Shown: one piece after another, positions 43,761-64,000 of the stretch
How positions within the stretch are numbered: the first letter of the stretch is position 1
Layout of the letters: each line of letters opens with the position of its first letter
Assembly: GCF_964355755.1 (NCBI RefSeq)
Contig: NC_092671.1
Coordinates: 14,446,001 to 14,510,000 of the forward strand
Length of the DNA stretch: 64,000 nt
Direction of reading: 5' to 3'
DNA from: Antedon mediterranea
Taxonomy: Eukaryota; Animalia; Echinodermata
The notes under the pieces: generated by a model
Database searches by the model: none
What the model was told of the DNA's origin: nothing
Seen by the model: only the letters and a program-made list of their open reading frames with translations
Made by a program: the position numbers and the translations under genes

Positions 43761-43944
43761 GTGAGTAAGCAATTCTAGGCCGCGAAGTCCCCGATGACGT
43801 CATCACACAGCCTGGCTGAGGTGGGGGTATTCCTCCGGGACATTCGCGCAGTCCGGGGAGAGGGTAAACATAAAATAAGTACTTTCTATCTTATTTTTGT
43901 GATTTTGACACAATTTCCAAACAAAATGTGGTACTATGCAAATA

Positions 43945-44696
43945 CAGTCGACTCCGCCTAAGTCGAATTTGCGTAAGTCGAAAAATCGCGAAAGTCGAAT
44001 TTTTAGGAAAGTCCCATTTCTTTCCTATACATTACTGTGTAATTTTTATTTCTAAGTCGAATTTTTCTAAGTCGAAATTCGTCTTAGTCGACGTCTTTTT
44101 GCGGTCCGAATACACACATTCTTTAGTGATTTATATCGTATAAGTCGAAGTCACAAATTACGCGGCAACAACGCGTTAAAAAAGCCGATGAAACGTACGT
44201 AATTCGATAAACAAACAACAGAGGGGAAAATGTGGGACCATATCGGTTCTCTCAAGCAGGTTGCATAGTATAGGCGGCGTCCTACAACTCGCGCTAGTGT
44301 ATAGAGTGTATGAGTTGTTTCAGAGGTGAGAACTTGAGCGGCGTTTTGTGGGTACCTATTTTGTGCTAGACAGATGGCAATAAAATAGATACCCATTTCG
44401 AATAAGAACCGAAATGTATTTATTATACGTTTTTGTATTGTTTCGGAAAAATACAGTTTATCAAAGAGGCTTAGCATTCATTAGGCCTAGCTAGCTAGCT
44501 AAGCAAATTCAATTCAAGAAGGCTCATCGCGTGGGCCGCGATCGCGACAGGGCAGGGTCCACTATTAGGCCTAGCCATAGCGCAGCTAGTGAGTGAACCT
44601 AGGCCTAGCATTTTTTTGGGAAATCTGTAAGTCGAAGTTCGCTAACTCGAATTTTTATACCGGTCCCATTAGATTCGACTTAGGCGGAGTCGACTG
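43945..44696. mobile_element. pogo/Tigger-like MITE
   Basis: Perfect 24-bp TIR CAGTCGACTCCGCCTAAGTCGAAT, TA flanks, and many subterminal AAGTCGAA motifs. Confidence 0.93.
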
Positions 44697-44937
44697 TATA
44701 TATTTGTCACCATCAACTTTCTAATTAAAAATATGTTCATAAAATGTATTTATATGTGTTTTAGTAGTATTTTCACCCAGTGACTATTTGTGTACAAGGT
44801 CACAAACGCGGGGTGGGGATTCCTATGTAAACAAAGCATAGTGATGGTGCCAAATTTTACACCTTATTTTATTCATAACTTTCGAAATACTTAATCAATT
44901 TTGTTGATTTAAAGTTTAAAATGCTTATGATTATATA

Positions 44938-45799
44938 GGGTAGATGTACCAGACCTCGGCAATGTGCCAAACCTCGGCAGGTTGTATTTATATTAGTTAT
45001 AATTAATTAAATAATTGATATTTTTTGTTTATCTTAACGTATAATATACTTTAATTATAGGTGGTAAATATAAACCACCGATCGTTTACTAGACACCAGC
45101 GAAACATGTCTGCCAGTAGCCATAAAAACTGAAACCTGAAGTGACATTTCAGCAAAATAGACTAATGAGCTAACACGTGACTGTTCCATTTAAAGTTCCA
45201 GGGCATGAAAAATTACACACGAGGGACACGTCTGGGATTGAAATAGGCTCCTACTGTAGTGTAGCAACATTCCAGAATATTCCATTTTCAAACCAATGAA
45301 AAAATATAGGGTTTATGAGGGGTGTTAAGATGTTTGTTTGATAATTAATGATATGTGCCAGACTTCGGCACCTAACGGAAATAACTAATTAAATAAAATT
45401 ATTTGCAATGTGGTTTATTAAATTTTATTCAAAATATAATTGTTGGTAAAATAAATTTAATATTGCTGTTTTTTGACTCATTTATTTCACATCTGGCCAT
45501 TGCTAGGCCTGCTATTTCATCGACGATCGATTGCGCAATCGCTCGCGCGTAATTCCAGGGCTTGCTTGGGCAGCGTATGCCGAGGATTGGCAGACACATG
45601 CCGAGGTTTGGTAAATAAATAAAAAACACATTTTTTATTATTGTTTGTTAATTATAAATATTTATTTGATAATTCACACTGTATTTACTACTTATATAAA
45701 TACTAAAAACTTTACCAAAAAATATTTTGTGATGCTTTTAAAAAATACACGTAAATAACGAATTTCCCTGTAACCTGCCGAGGTCTGGTACATCTACCC
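44938..45799. mobile_element. Non-autonomous DNA transposon with TA target duplication
   Basis: Perfect 24-bp TIR GGGTAGATGTACCAGACCTCGGCA, TA flanks, and internal CCA.ACCTCGGCA copies. Confidence 0.92.
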
Positions 45800-46742
45800 T
45801 ACTCTTTCAAACTGAACACTATTCAAATGCAGAAAGATAAATTGAAAAATATATGCCAGTCCCTATCAGAGACAAATTGTCCCGCTACCAATTCAATCAC
45901 ACGCATGGATTGTTACTACACTACTACTAGGCCTAGGCTAGGCCTATTCTGAAATGAAAATAATTGAACTGTAACAAATTCTTTTAAATGATTAAGTTTT
46001 TTTATCCATCATACTAGGGGGGCCTAGCTAGGCGTACCACTATTCACAACTTTATTATTCACTTAAGATATTATTATTTGCAGCTAAACAAATTATATTG
46101 TTTAACTGCTAGGCCTACACAGCCTACGTCGTGTGGGGATCGGAAGACACACGAAGCATGTTGAATCAGAAGCATTAAATAATATTTAAAAAAACATACA
46201 ATATTGTTAGAAATACTTGTACCACACATTAATATGATTTTTTATTACTAATAATGAAATCATTTTAGACATTTTCAGTCAGAGACTGGTGTGATTATCA
46301 TAGATTGTAAACCCTTCTCATACCTCATCGTGCACCTCACTCAGCTGCGAAAGCATAAAAGACAGATTTTTAGTGTGGCGCAATAGAGGTCGATTTTTTA
46401 GACAACTTTAACTAATAACATAATATATCAAATGATATTTGTGAGTTATCAATCGAAATTAAATATATTTTTATTACATATAGTAAACAATATTATTCTC
46501 CTTATAGTTAACAACAAATATATGTTCTTTTGCCTAGAATATTTAAACTATAAAAATAATTATTTGACATGGGTTCAACCTTTCTATGGGAAATTCTGTG
46601 TTTATTCCAATTATTTCCGGTCGTGATATATTGATGGTGATATGGTCTTCGTTTCTAAGTTTAAAGTTTGATATCTTAAAGTACATGGTTAGTTTCAAAA
46701 TAATGACCTGAATTCACAATAGACTTATTCTTCGTTTCCACT

Positions 46743-63962
<17,220 letters not shown>

Positions 63963-64000
63963 GCAAGTCTTCTTTAATTATATCTACGAGATTTTCATTT

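Noticed and set aside
44151-44477. 108-aa ORF inside a MITE, and similar short ORFs in other MITEs
   Set aside because: No DDE/D or HTH motifs; the elements are non-autonomous.

Overview
AT-rich, intron-containing animal genomic DNA, probably a marine invertebrate deuterostome such as an echinoderm (inference only). From left to right: (1) the 5' six coding exons of a PDE3 cyclic-nucleotide phosphodiesterase on the minus strand, running off the left edge; (2) a tandem array of three type-I acyl-CoA thioesterase/BAAT-family genes on the minus strand, plus an orphan fourth copy of their first exon; (3) RPL10A (uL1) on the minus strand, hosting two copies of a candidate H/ACA snoRNA; (4) a divergently transcribed USP47 on the plus strand with 23 coding exons, running off the right edge. 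Introns carry TIR MITEs, tRNA-derived SINEs, LINE fragments and two minisatellites. The best leads are: a presequence-like first exon that is broken in thioesterase copy C but present intact 1.9 kb upstream; the duplicated snoRNA with a predicted 28S rRNA target; a structured element with alternative donors in the RPL10A intron homologous to the known autoregulated one; and a strong excess of TACAGTA/TACTGTA, a possible transposon excision footprint. No new system can be proven from sequence alone. Exon structures were read by eye, and family assignments rest on recalled motifs, not database searches.
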